64,000 bases of DNA, taken from contig JANJGN010000026.1 in assembly GCA_026770705.1 (NCBI GenBank), positions 3,224,001 to 3,288,000 on the forward strand, in the 5' to 3' direction. The DNA comes from Isurus oxyrinchus (taxonomy: Eukaryota). The translations under genes were made by a program, and so were the position numbers. Numbering within the stretch: the first letter of the stretch is position 1; every line of letters begins with the position of its first letter. This document shows, one piece after another, positions 52,386 to 64,000 of the stretch. The notes beneath the pieces are model-generated. The model ran no database searches. It was given only the letters and a program-made list of their open reading frames with translations, and was not told the origin of the DNA.

Positions 52386-53954
52386 TCTGAGTAGAGATAA
52401 TTGAAACCTCTAAAACCGCACCAACTGACCCACCTTGTCCGACTATGCATCCAGGACCAACGAATGGTTTGGCGTTGGTTTATCAGAAGTTTTGTATGAC
52501 AATGTACACCACGAGCTGGTACCTATAGTCTTGAACATATCCAGGATTTCCCCACCCCTGTGGTGCTCAACCCATATTCGAGGACCATATCTGGCTCCAG
52601 TGGGCCCCCTGATGACCGAAGCATCTCAGTTCAATGGCGGGATGCTATCAGGCTTGGGAAAGAACCGCGTTAAGTGTAGCCTGATAAATGATGCCCCTAC
52701 GATATTCAATATAGGGGCATCAGTGGTTGATTCAGAACCAAGCAACTGTTGACCAGAAGGATGGACCCTGAGCTTTAAGCTGAAGGAGATTCAAGAGTGG
52801 GGACAGGAATTCATAACACCCAATTAAACACAGACCAGGACATGACATGGTTATTCCGCAGCCTGGCTGCCATGCTCGAAAGTCATGCGGGGACTATCAA
52901 CAATCTGATGGAAATAAGGAAAAATATTTCAGACAAAGTGAGCAGAAATGATGTTTTGATCTTGGGCACTGGAACAAGTCCGAGAAAATTTAAGACAGAT
53001 TAATGAAAGAGTAGTTCCCTTATGGGTAACTAATGAACATTTATGTAATCTTTCATGACACAAGGAGCATGACTTGACCGGTTGCCAGCTCAGACTTTTA
53101 ACATGCATATATAGAATGAATGTTGAATATATAATGAACAGTAATATGCTAATAGGCATTGTATCAGTAATGCCTGCCACACCTATGTCAACACCTGGCA
53201 GGACATTATATAAAATAGAAAATATTGGGATTATACAGGAGGATTATTATAGTAGGTATCCTGACATTCCACCATATGCCGTAGACATAGAAAGGACTAT
53301 ATTTAGCACCACTTTAGAAGAGTGTAGGATAGAGGCTACCGCAGTAGTATGCACACTCAATATATGAGCATGTGAAGCGAAGTGGATTTAAAGCAGCAGC
53401 AAACTGTACAATGGAAAACATATGGGCTGCAATAGAACTGACCCATGTTGCATACACGGGGAATAGGAGATATTCTACCACCATGTGGCAGCAAAAGATT
53501 CAAAACGGGAACAACCAGATATGCCCCATCCAATATCATTCAGTGTGCCTACACCCACAGGCGCCAGCAAGGATAGGGAAGGTGGAACTGGTCGAAATAT
53601 ACAACAGAGGAACGACTACAATTCAGGTCAAGGAAAGCCTTAAGGACAACCTGAGAGTATTTCAACCAATTATCCTATGAAATTCCCTTATTACCCGAGC
53701 ACCTAACCATGATTCGGAGACAGGCTCAGCAGATACACCGAACTTACAATGCACTGCAGCAGCAGGTTCGAGCCTTAAAAGAGGATATCGAGCAAATAGG
53801 TTTCTTGACATAGTGATGGTGCAACTGGGGCTCCAACATACAGATAAGCCCCTGGATTCGTATTATCTCCCATACCCTACTGATACTTCAACTGATATTT
53901 TTTATCTATCTAACATACTTGATTCGTTGCACCTGGAAGTCAAAAAAAATGTGA
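52386..53954 (+). pseudogene. env: Decayed env with class-I fusion-protein architecture
   Basis: Short N-terminal part; furin-like RVK(C, likely from R) at 52666-52677; hydrophobic SLINDAPTIFNIGASVVDS; helical segment; Cys-containing middle; heptad IRRQAQQIHRTYNALQQQVRALKEDIEQI; Trp-rich WCNWG; TM IISHTLLILQLIFFIYLTYLI; short tail. Several stops and frameshifts. Confidence 0.8.
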
Positions 53955-54124
53955 CACTGGGGGAGTTTTAACAGGAGAAGGAATTTGACAAGTCAGAGTT
54001 TTAAATTAAAGGACCAGATGGTCTGACCAGTACTTTTAACGCACCAAAGCTGGCTAACTGGCCAGTATTGATGGGTGGCGGTACCTAAAGGGACAGGCAG
54101 TACCACGGTAGTTGGCCAAGGGCC

Positions 54125-54136
54125 AAAAGGGAGAAG
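54125..54136 (+). promoter_or_regulatory. Polypurine tract
   Basis: AAAAGGGAGAAG immediately before the TG of the 3' LTR. Confidence 0.85.
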
Positions 54137-54722
54137 TGTAAGTGTGGAATATAGGGGTACATTAAGAACTTATTGAAAGGGAGTCGACTACTTAAAATAT
54201 CCAAGCAGCTCGTGCCTGCATGTATAGTTAAAGGCCAGGCTGGACAGAGAGGAATCTGAACCTTGCACACCCTCAGAGCACACCATCAGCAAGGCCAGGC
54301 CGAACAGAGAGTAATGCAACTATGTTACATTGGGTGTCTTAGGAGTCAGACCGGAGCCTTAGGTTGAAAAACAAAAAAGATTGGGTCTGATTATAGCAGA
54401 TAGGGAATGAACAGTTGGTCCTAGTAGAGATGGGAGGGAAGGGCTCCGCTGGGGGTGAAAGTAGGGACAGATGATGCCTATAATTTGGTACCTTTGTTAC
54501 TAGAGAGAAGTCTGTTTAATGTAAACCTATCTGTGAACGAGATTAGAATCTGGAAACTTTTCTTGTACGTGGTCAATGATGTATAAATATGGTGAACACT
54601 TGAAGTTTAGCAGAGTTCTATCTCAAGCTGCATTAGGATGGTTCTCTCCTGGCAATTGCTCGAAAAAATGATCGTGACCTGTACCTGAGACTCCTGTGGT
54701 CCGTTTGTCAGAGACGACAACA
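54137..54722 (+). repeat. 3' LTR
   Basis: TGTAAG...ACAACA termini, colinear with the 5' LTR, followed by GGGG and resumption of the host LINE. Confidence 0.92.
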
Positions 54723-55759
54723 GGGGCTATCCTCAATGTGAAAGAGGGGCTTTGGCTCCACAACGACTGTGGTGGTTGCTCCTACAGACACCGCATCTGT
54801 GGCAGGCAGGTTGGAGAGGATGAGGTCAATTATATTTTTCCCTCTTGTTGGTTCCCGCATCACCTGTCGCACTGCCAGTCTAGCAGTTATGTATTTTAAG
54901 ACCCGGCTAGCTCGGTCAATAGTGGTGCTACTTCCACACTCTTGGTCATAGACATTAAAGCCCACCTCCCAGACAACAGTTCGCGCCCTTGCAACCCTCA
55001 GCTTTTCCTCCAAGTTGTGCTCAACATGGGGGAAGTACTAATTCATCAGCATGACATTTCCTTGCTCATGTTTGACCTGATGCCATGAGATCTCATGGGG
55101 TCTGAAGTCAATGTTGCGGACCCCCAGACAGCTCCCTCCTGATTGCATACCACTGAGCCACCAACTCTGCTGGGCCTGTCCTGCGGTGGGACATGACATA
55201 TCCAGGGATGGTGATGATGGTGTTAGGACATTATCTGTAAGACATGATTCTGTGAGATTGATTATGTCAGGCTGCTGCTTAACTAGTCTCTGAGACAACT
55301 CTCCCAATTTAGGCTCCAGCCCCAAGATATTAGTAAGGAGGACTTTGCAGGGTCGACACGGCTGAGTTTGCCATTGTTGTTTCCGGTGCCGAGCCGAGAT
55401 CGAGGCCAAGTGATCCGTTCGGTTTTATTTCTGTTTGGTCTTTATAGCTGTTTGATACAACTGGGTGGCCTGCTCTTTCAGTGGGAAGTTAAAAGTCAAT
55501 CATATTGCTGTGGATCTGGAGTCACCTGTAGGACAGCAAACGTTCTTCTCATGAGGACATTAATAAACAAGATGGGTTTTTGCAATAATCCGGTTCATTA
55601 AGGTTTCATTAGCCTTCTAATTCCAGGTTTTGCTTTGAATTCAAATCCCACCATCTGTCGTGCCAGGACTCAAGCTCGGGTGCCCAGACCAATGTCCTAA
55701 ATCTCGGAATTAACGGTGCAGTAACTATACTACTACGCCATTGCCTCCCCTTGAACTAT

Positions 55760-57110
55760 GAGTTTTCATACCTCCAGGATCCAGGAGCGGTTCCAACATA
55801 TTGGAATGTAGCAAATGCAGCAGTGATTTTCAAAAAACGATGTAGTGAGAAAATGGGACGACAGGCAAATTAGTATAAAGTAATAATACACCGGCGAAAT
55901 GCTGAAATCTAGTAACAAGGAAATATAAATAAAGGAGAGCCAATAAGCCTAGCATACCAGGAATTTCAAAAGAACTTATATAACGTGACGCACAAAAGAA
56001 TAATTTGCACGAGAAGCACACTTGGAGTTTGCTCTAATATTTTACAATGGATAGAAGATTTGTTAATGGCAAGTAAGCAGTGAGTAGGCATAAATGGAGC
56101 AATTACAATTGGGCAGGTTATGCCTCGTGGACTGCTGCAAGGATCATTGCTGATGTCTCAGCTTTTTACAACCTATTTTAATAATGTGGGCGAAGAGACA
56201 GTAAATAATGCATCTACGTTTGCTTACCATACAAACCTAGGTGGAAATGTAAGCTCCAAGGAGGTCACGGAGAGACTGTAAAGAGATTTAAACAGAGTAA
56301 TTGAGTGCACAACAAGATAGCAGATGGAGAATAACGTGTTGGGTGCGGTGGTTGTAAGGTATTAAAGCAGATTTTTTTAAAAACGGCGTGAACCCTGTAC
56401 ATTTTGAGGTGCAGAAATAATTGGGTGTGCTCCCACAAGGATCACAGGAAGTTCTAATATAGCTGTATCAAGCAATTAGGAAGACAAATGGCACGTTTAT
56501 CCTGCAAGAGGATTGAGATACATGAAAAAAGAAGTCTTGCTACAACTGCACGGCATGTTCTTGACACCATACCTGGAATACTGTGTGCATTTTTCTTCTC
56601 CATATTTAAGGAAGGATATCCATGCATTGGAGGCAGTACAACAAATGTTAACTAAAATGGGCCACTGGAATGCCAGGGTTGTCCTCTGAAAAGAGTCCCA
56701 GTAAATTGAGCCTTTGTTCTCTGAGTTTTGAAAGAGCATAGGGTGATCTCATTTAAACGTAGGATATACTAAAATTGTTTAACACTGAGAGGTTGTTTCA
56801 ACTAATTGGAGAATCGAAATCATGTTGGCATAGTCACTGGATAAGGAGTGATCATTTAATATGTAAATGAAGAGAACTTTCTCCATTCAAATGTTTCTCA
56901 ATCTTGGGAACTGTCCACATAAGAGTTTCGTTAATTTTCCATAGTTGCACATATTTATGGCTAGTATATAAAAATTGTTGGTCTCTCTGGAGATTGAGGG
57001 ATCTAGGCAATGGGCAGGAAGGTGGAGTTGAATCAAAATATCTTACTGAATTGTGGAGCAGGGTCGACGGGAGGTATGGTCTACCCCTCTTCCTATCTCC
57101 TGCGTTCATG
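55760..57110 (+). mobile_element. Degenerate CR1-type LINE
   Basis: Remnants such as CCATACCTGGAATACTGTGTGCATTTT (PYLEYCVHF) and the CR1 3' UTR. Confidence 0.7.
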
Positions 57111-57369
57111 ATCGCTGTCGTAGGCAGAACAACAGATTGGGAGCTACTGTTTGTGATATTCTACTGCAACGGTTTAGCCCTTTTGTGTGAGGCTCCTTTG
57201 TCCTCTCATTTCAACCCTTAAGTCATTTCATGTAAACAGGTTTGTGTCTCCCTTGGAACAACATTCAAAGGATCTCACACCAAACTATTGCTGCACTGAT
57301 ATCACAGTTCACAACTTCCAATGACACACACCTGACATAAGCGGAATGAATAAAGATGTTAAATAAATT

Positions 57370-58900
57370 CATGGTATCACAGAACGTTTACTACACAGAA
57401 AGGGGCCCTTCGGCCTCTTGCCCACACAGGCCCTCTGTATGATCAATTGAGCGAGTACAGCTCCTCTTCCTTTCATCCGAGTGCATGTATGTTTCCCGCG
57501 ACATAACGTGATCCAATTCTCATTTGAAATCCAGAATTATTATTGCATCTATCTCGCTCTCAGACAGGATATTACAGACTCTAAGGCCATACTTCGTGAA
57601 AAAAAAACTTCCTTATGACGCCATTGCTTTGTTAGCCAATTATCTTCATTAAGTGCCCTCAGTTTCTCGATCCCGTCAACAATGGGAGCTGCTCCTCCCT
57701 GTCTGCTCTATCTCGAACACTCATGATGCTGTAAACCTCTTTAAAATCACCGCAAAACCTTCTCTTCATGAACAATAATAGCACCACTTTCTGAGGTCTC
57801 CCTACGTAAATGACATTTCTTTATGATTGGCTACATTCTGAAAAGGTTTTCTGAATCCTCTCCAATGCCTTTACATTGTTCATTAATTGTGGTGCCCATA
57901 ACGGGATGTAGTACTGCAGCTGAGGCCAAACCAAAGTTTTACACAGGATACACTAAGTTCCATGTTGTTTTCCATTTTGTCCCTATTGATGATGTTCAGG
58001 ATCCTGTATACTTTATTAAACACACTCTCAAACTGTCCTGTCTGCGTCAAAGATTATAGCACATGTACTGCAAGGATCTTCTGCTCCTTAATTTGTATGG
58101 CCTTTCCCGGTTCTTCCAACCAAAATTCGTCATTCCAAAATTCTCTGCATTCTCTTGCATCTGCCACTTGTCTGGACATTGCACGAACCTGTGTATGCCC
58201 TTTGAAGTTTAATACAAATCACCTCATAATTTAGAATGCTTCCAGGTTTTGTATCATCCGCAAATTTTGGAAGTCTGTTGGCCAATTTTTAGGCAATTAG
58301 TATACATTGGAGAGAGTAGGGGCACTAACGCAGACTGCTGGGAGCCCCATTCTAAATCCTTTTCCTGTCACGCAGCCAATTTCATATCCATGTTGTTAAT
58401 TTTACTCCATCAGCTCTAATTTTGCTCACTTGTCTGCTGTGTGGCACTTTATCAAAAGCATTTTGGAGGGCCATGTCCACCACATCAATCATATTATCCT
58501 CATATACCCTCTCTGCTACCTCATGAAAAAGACTCAAATAAGTTAATTAAACAAATTCATACTGGCTCTGCTTAATAAAACACATTTGTCTAAATGACTG
58601 TTAAATTTCTCCTGAATCGAAGTATCTAAAATCCTCCCGTCATTTAAGTTAAATTGACTGGCCTGTTATTGCTAGGTTTGTCCTTATTCCAAATAAGGTT
58701 ATGCTTTTTACAATTCTCAAGTAATCTGGCACGACCCCTGCAACGAAGGGTGGTTAAAGAATTATGACAAGTGCCTCTGCAATTTCCAACTTTGTTTCTT
58801 TCAATGTTCTTAGACACATCGCATCAGGTGCTGTTCACTTAAAATTCTTAAATAAGCTTATCTATTGCCTGTTCATTATCAATTTTAAACAATCAAGTGT
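57370..58900 (-). mobile_element. Degenerate CR1-type LINE
   Basis: Reverse-strand FADDTK (TTTTGTATCATCCGCAAA ~58250) and KAFDKVPH-like (TGTGGCACTTTATCAAAAGC ~58445) remnants. Confidence 0.7.
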
Positions 58901-59507
58901 TCCTTCCCTCCTCTTCTTACTCGGTAAAAACAAATGGAAAGAACTCAGACACTCCCTCAAACATGCTGATTTATGACGTAGTGATGATATAACACTGACA
59001 TTAGTCAGTCATGTGTTAGGCTTTCTCAAGAAAGATTTAAAAAATATCGAGGAGATTCGTATCTAATCTGTAACCTGTTTAGAAGTGGTACCAATGATCA
59101 AGTATTAAGCAGACACCAGAAAGTGTCCACAGTATGTCTAAGAACCAAGTCCCACCCGAGGAATCCAAGACAGCAGGACCCGATCTCGGAACAGGGGCTT
59201 GCTTGGAGCTACTCCTGGTTTTCTAACTTTGACCGAACGTCTGAAGTTACGCCTGTCGGGCCAGAGCATGTTGCAATGAAATTCCCTGCATGCAGTGGCT
59301 TCACTGTTTTGGAGGAATTATGCTTGAGAGTTATTTTGGTGCAAGCACGGCCCAGTTGACAATTATTCGGCTCACATGTCATCTCAATTTGCATTTCTAA
59401 ACGTGCTGAGAAAACACCGGTGGGTTAGTACCCTATGGAGTAAATAAAGTTCGAGAAAACAATTAAAGGTCTAAAGTCAAGCCTAAAATCTGAAAGCGAT
59501 GCAATTA

Positions 59508-60208
59508 CAGGGCATAGACATCTAAAGCGGGTAAATGCAGGTGAAATACAGACCATTCATGACCTGTATTGAATGGAGAAAAAGGGCTATGCAATCTGAA
59601 TAGCTTTTTCCCGTTCCCATGCTCCTATATTATTGCAGATATGATAGCGGGATAGAATCCACTGAAAGATGTTGTTGATTTATTTCATCCTCAGAATACA
59701 TTAGCCTGTTTCTTTTCACTCACCTGTTCTATAACGGTAAGCTTACCTGAAATACCACCAAAGAAACTTCCAAAGCTTAATACCTGAGCAAGTTTAAAGC
59801 ACACGTTTCAAATGGAAAGGTTAACACAACAACAAAATACCAATGAAATGTAATTTGGGAGAACGTCTTAAGCTATTATTCTCCAACTGATTTTTGATGT
59901 ATGGCATTTAAAAAGAAAAATAAACCAAATCAAATTGACCGGAAGGGGAACAGAAGGGATCATGTGTCCTGTGTCGCCAGAACTGTATTTGTGATCTACC
60001 ATTCTTGATGCACTTGTGTCAAGAAGCTTCATTTGATATAACAGAGTTAGGAGCCATCTAATGACCAATTACCGCTATTGCAATAATATAGGAGCATGGG
60101 AACGGGAAAAAGCTATTCAAATTGCATAGCCCTTTTTCTCCATTCAATACAGGTCATGAATGGTCTGTATTTCACCTGCATCTACCTGCTTTAGATGTCT
60201 ATGCCCTG
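59508..60208. repeat. 130-bp inverted repeat (arms 59508-59637 and 60079-60208) around a 441-bp spacer
   Basis: The arms are reverse complements with 3 mismatches by manual comparison. Confidence 0.93.
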
Positions 60209-62227
60209 ATAACGTAAGCAAATAATTATCTAGACACATTTTTTCAATTTATTGCTGAATGGCCTAACTCCATATGTATGACGGTGCCGCCGTGTTGTGG
60301 CTTCACCTAGGCGGACAAATAGTTTCAGCATACCTATTCTATCAAATCCTTTATCATTTCGTCACTTCGATTAGACCACGGTCCATCTTTCTGAAATTGG
60401 CGAAATACAGCCAAAGCATTTTCAACTTTCTCTCATAATATAACTCTCGAAGCTCTGGTGACTATTTTTTGCCAATCCTGTATACAATCCTGTATGGTAT
60501 ATTTCCCACGCCAATGGAGATGCTCTGACCAGAAATCAACGCGCTAGTCCATGTGGGTCTGAGGAAAGGTCTATAGAATGAAAGCAATTTCCTCTCGTTT
60601 GCATTTCAAACAAACTGAACTAAAGACAAACGTCCATTTTAGCTGATTGATCGCCTACTGGGACTGCCCCTTTCTTTTATTGATTTGTGTTCATGATCAC
60701 CTCCATTACTTTCCCCTTCTATGGTTCCTAGTCTGTCAGTTTTAAGAAATGTTCGATTCAGTCCACAATGGATACTATCACACTTCCTGATATATAACTA
60801 CAGCTGCCACACTTTCTCAATCCGTCTCAATCGCCTTTTAACCGCGTGATTCAATATACACAATTTGCTGAGCCTCCTCCCGAGCACAGGAAGTGACCCA
60901 TTAAATTATGCGGCTGCAATACAATTTGTTTATTATTCGCCTGGCCACATGGTGGCGCGCCAGAGCTTTTCATCGACCATGCAGTGTCCTTGCCCTGCCG
61001 CGTCTGTGCCTTTGTCTTTCAATCATGAAACATCATCTTATTCCTGGGTTTTCCACATTGTTCTATATATGGGTGACTTCGGTCTTCACATCAGTCCTGC
61101 CTCTTCTGTGGTTATCATTGCCCAATCTCTTCGGTTGCATTTTTTTCTCTTCATTCTAGATGCCTAGCACGAAACTAATTACTCACTACGCTCATCAAAT
61201 TTACACAAAATTGAATTTATATCACGTATTGTCATTGTCTGCCGCAAACCCAGGACCCTCACTATGTTCCCACATCCCTTTGAGGCATATAGCCGAACCT
61301 GATGACAGGCAAAAACAATGGATTATTTCTCTATTCCCTGGAGGGCGCCAAGGATCGTTCGGTGAAGACTAATTTAAGGATTGACATAAAATAACATCAC
61401 TCCGCTGATCAAGGACGCACACCCCAGTCCAAGAAAAATGCAGCAGCAAAATAGATGAAAAGCTTCCTCACCTTCGAACTCACGCATCCAATTTTTATTT
61501 CTCAACGGACTGTGGAAAAAGCTGCTGCAGCGCAGTCGGAGAAGCAAGTCTGTGCGAGTTAATGTTGCCTGTGCGTGAATCCGTTTCCTGATTGTTACCA
61601 TTATGTGTACAGATTACCATGGTGATATTTCTGCAGCCTCAGCTCTCTACTATGTTACTCTGTGTCCTTGGAATAGAACACACAAATCAAAGCCAATCAA
61701 AGGCAATTTGACCCTTCGCAGGTCATCACTTCCGCTCTCAGTGAACCAGAACTTATGATAATTACCTTCAGCATCTTTCTGCCTTGAGGATATATTACTG
61801 AAGATTAAATATTATTATGTCACTGATTTGTCTGTTAATCCTGGACATCAAACTTCACTTGGCCATGTGCAGATTGGAAATCAATCTTGCAAGATGGAAC
61901 TTCCGCCATTGTTTCCGCCCATCTCAAGTTCATATGAACTAATGAGCCAAAAATTACTCCGATTTTTTTTTCCAAAGGGCAAATGTCATCGCCGGATTTT
62001 CCTTCCTGCTGTAATTGACGATGATGCTGTTGAGCCGAAAATCTCTCCAAGATATTCCCATAGGCATCGCAATGTAGTCATGCATTAGTTGAGGCTCATA
62101 GCTTAAAGTACTTGAACGTTATCTGCGCACTAACACAGAGGAGACAATTATCCTTGATTCCAATAGCTTGATCTATTGCTCATGGTGACGACAGATGAAT
62201 TGGAGCTGCGTCCCGTTGACATTCCAC

Positions 62228-62311
62228 CGCGCATGCGTTTGAAAGAGGCTGTGGCCAATTTCCTCTGATCACCTATTGGTTTCATTTAACATTTTAGAGG
62301 GCGGGACGTCA
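62228..62311. promoter_or_regulatory. Cluster of housekeeping-promoter motifs
   Basis: NRF1-like CGCGCATGCG 62228-62237, CCAAT 62255, ATTGG 62275, GC box GGGCGG 62299 and CRE-like GACGTCA 62305, all within 85 bp. Confidence 0.5.
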
Positions 62312-62853
62312 TTCAAGTGTTTTAAGCCTTTCTTTTCCATGATTGTGAATTTATGATCCATAAAAGAGTCATTCATCTAAAGCTAAATTGGTGATTTCGA
62401 CTTCATATGAATGCCACATAACATCAGTGTGTAATTGTTCCTTGCCATAACTGCGAGAACCGGTTTCCAATTTTGCACGTACCATTTCAGAACCTGCATT
62501 CATCATCTTCAGTGTGAACGTTTACTTGTCTTGAAGTAATTTGTTGAGCTTAGCATTTTTCAGTAATAATTAATGTTAAATTGCTTAATGGCTAAATTAC
62601 AGTTTACTTTTCTTTCCGTTGGCCATTCTGCTGAACGTTCGTGTTAATTGAAACTCTTTCAATTTCTATGCATTTAAAGCCTTTTTTAACGATCAACACT
62701 ACGTTCCAAACTTCAAAAGAATTGAAGAATGAATTCTAAAACCTCATCAGACAGTCTGTTTACATCCACGAAGAGGGAGAGTGTGAGGGAGCGAGACAGA
62801 GTATTTAGTTATTGGTTGAGACAGGACTACTAAGGTGATACAAAGTCTGTGGG

Positions 62854-62957
62854 AAACAAAAACAGAATTACCTGGAAAAACTCAGCAGGTCTGGCAGCAT
62901 CGGCGGAGAAGAAAAGAGTTGACATTTCGAGTCCTCATGACCCTTCGTCAAGTTCTG
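62854..62957 (-). mobile_element. Short Penelope-like/SINE terminal fragment with hammerhead-like core
   Basis: Minus strand reads TTGACGAAGGGTCATGAGGACTCGAAATGTCAAC...GATGCTGCCAGACCTGCTGAGTTTTTCCAG, a motif typical of shark repeats. Confidence 0.6.
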
Positions 62958-63099
62958 CTAAAATGACGCAGCATTATGAGGAAAGGCCAGGACAGCAGGA
63001 GGGGGTTGATATATAAACGGCGCTAAGGGGTAATGGAGGCTGGAGAGATTAGTCTGGTATTCATGGGGATTTTGTAAAAGTTGGGCAGTGCAATTGAAG

Positions 63100-63935
63100 C
63101 CATGGTGATAAATTCCTCCGGGTTGTGTCCTAGGACCAACCATCTTCAGCTACTTCATCAATAACCTTCCTTTCATCCTAAGAAGTGGCGATGGTCGCTG
63201 ATGGCTGCACAATCTTCAGCACCATTCGTGACTACTTAGACACTGAAGTAGTCCATGTCAAAATGCAATAAGATTTGGGCAATATCCAGGCTGGCGCTGA
63301 CAAGTGGTAAGTAACACTCACACAATTCAAGGGCCAGGCAATAACCATCTCCAACAAGAGAGAATATATCCATCACCCCTTGCCATTTCAATAGCATTAA
63401 CATCACTGAATCCCCCTCTATCAACATCCCATGGTTTACCATTGACCAGAAACTGAACTGGACTAGCCATATAAACACAGTGGCTACAAGAGCAAGCCAG
63501 AGGCTAGGAACATGTGGCGAGTAACTCATCTCCTGACTCCCGAAAGCCTGTGCACTATCTATAAGGGACAAGTTAGGAGTGTGGTAGAAGACTCTGCACT
63601 TGCCTGGATGAGCAGAGTTCCCACAACATTCAGGAAGTTTGACAACATCCAGGGCAAAGCAACCCCATCATCAAACAGTCAACTCTCCCACCACCGATGC
63701 AAAGTGGCAGCAGCGTGTACCATCTACAAGGTTCACTGTAGGCTCACGCCAAGGCTCATTAGGCAGCACCTTCCAAACCCAAACTCCTGGAATTCCCTCC
63801 CTGACAGCAGTATGGATGTACCTATACCACAGGGACTGCAGCAGTTTAAGCAGGAGGCTCACTTCCACCTTATCAAAGGCAATTAGGGATGGGAAATAAA
63901 TGCTGGCCTAGCCAGTGACAACCATACCCCATGAT
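63100..63935 (+). mobile_element. 3' part of a second-family LINE
   Basis: INNLPFILRS...ADGCT and TPESLCTIYKGQVRSVVEDSALAW motifs; family 3' end GGCAATTAGGGATGGGAAATAAATGCTGGCC. Confidence 0.85.
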
Positions 63936-64000
63936 TTAATTTTAGAATTTCAATGTTCTGAGATAAGAGAGGGTAAGTAGACGAAATTTTGGATTGATAT

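Larger units (their letters stand above)
45653..54722 (+). mobile_element. Defective endogenous retrovirus / env-bearing LTR retroelement (lokiretrovirus-like)
   Basis: Two LTRs, PBS, PPT, GGGG target-site duplication, gag-like ORF pieces, integrase core and F-like env. Confidence 0.88.
43320..55750 (-). mobile_element. Apparently full-length LINE of the second family, split by a CR1 fragment (44890-45500) and by the LTR element (45653-54722)
   Basis: 3' end at ~43330; ORF2 remnants DKAEAFATIFSQ and LATPLAKLFQY; endonuclease REPTRGKNIIDLILSN (~54830) and LVKQQPDIINLTES (~55260). Sequence is continuous across both insertions. Confidence 0.8.

Noticed and set aside
59387-59394. Octamer ATTTGCAT as an Ig promoter
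   Set aside because: An isolated 8-mer expected by chance in 64 kb, with no leader or V exon nearby.
59720-59850. Minus-strand J-like segment (FGGISGKLTVIE + GTGAGT)
   Set aside because: Poor heptamer and wrong FGxG spacing; no associated V or C.
1-64000. CRISPR arrays, rRNA, tRNA genes or prokaryotic systems
   Set aside because: None seen; the sequence is vertebrate with spliceosomal introns and LINEs, and tRNA-like motifs belong to SINE heads or the PBS.

Overview
Cartilaginous-fish (shark) genomic DNA, not prokaryotic. Bases 1-~33.5 kb hold one germline, unrearranged IgNAR (heavy-chain-only antibody) cluster on the + strand: the 3' part of the VNAR exon, three D segments, one J, five C exons (C1-C5), the secretory tail and polyA signal, a candidate Cys-rich pre-TM micro-exon and a candidate TM2 exon. 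The RSS order is V22-12D23-12D22-12D12-23J and all eight RSS look usable. The constant region is disabled (stop and 8-nt deletion in C3, +1 frameshifts in C4 and C5, lost intradomain Cys in C1 and C4), so the cluster is most likely a pseudogene. Most of the rest is nested, decayed LINEs and SINEs. The most unusual object is a ~9 kb LTR retroelement (45653-54722) with a tRNA-Ser PBS, a retrovirus-type integrase core and an env laid out like a paramyxo/pneumovirus F protein (lokiretrovirus-like). It is inserted in one LINE and is itself interrupted by another. Near the end are a near-perfect 130-bp inverted duplication, a housekeeping-type promoter motif cluster and a Penelope-type hammerhead-like fragment. 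All calls were made by eye, with reference proteins recalled from memory; repeat boundaries are approximate.
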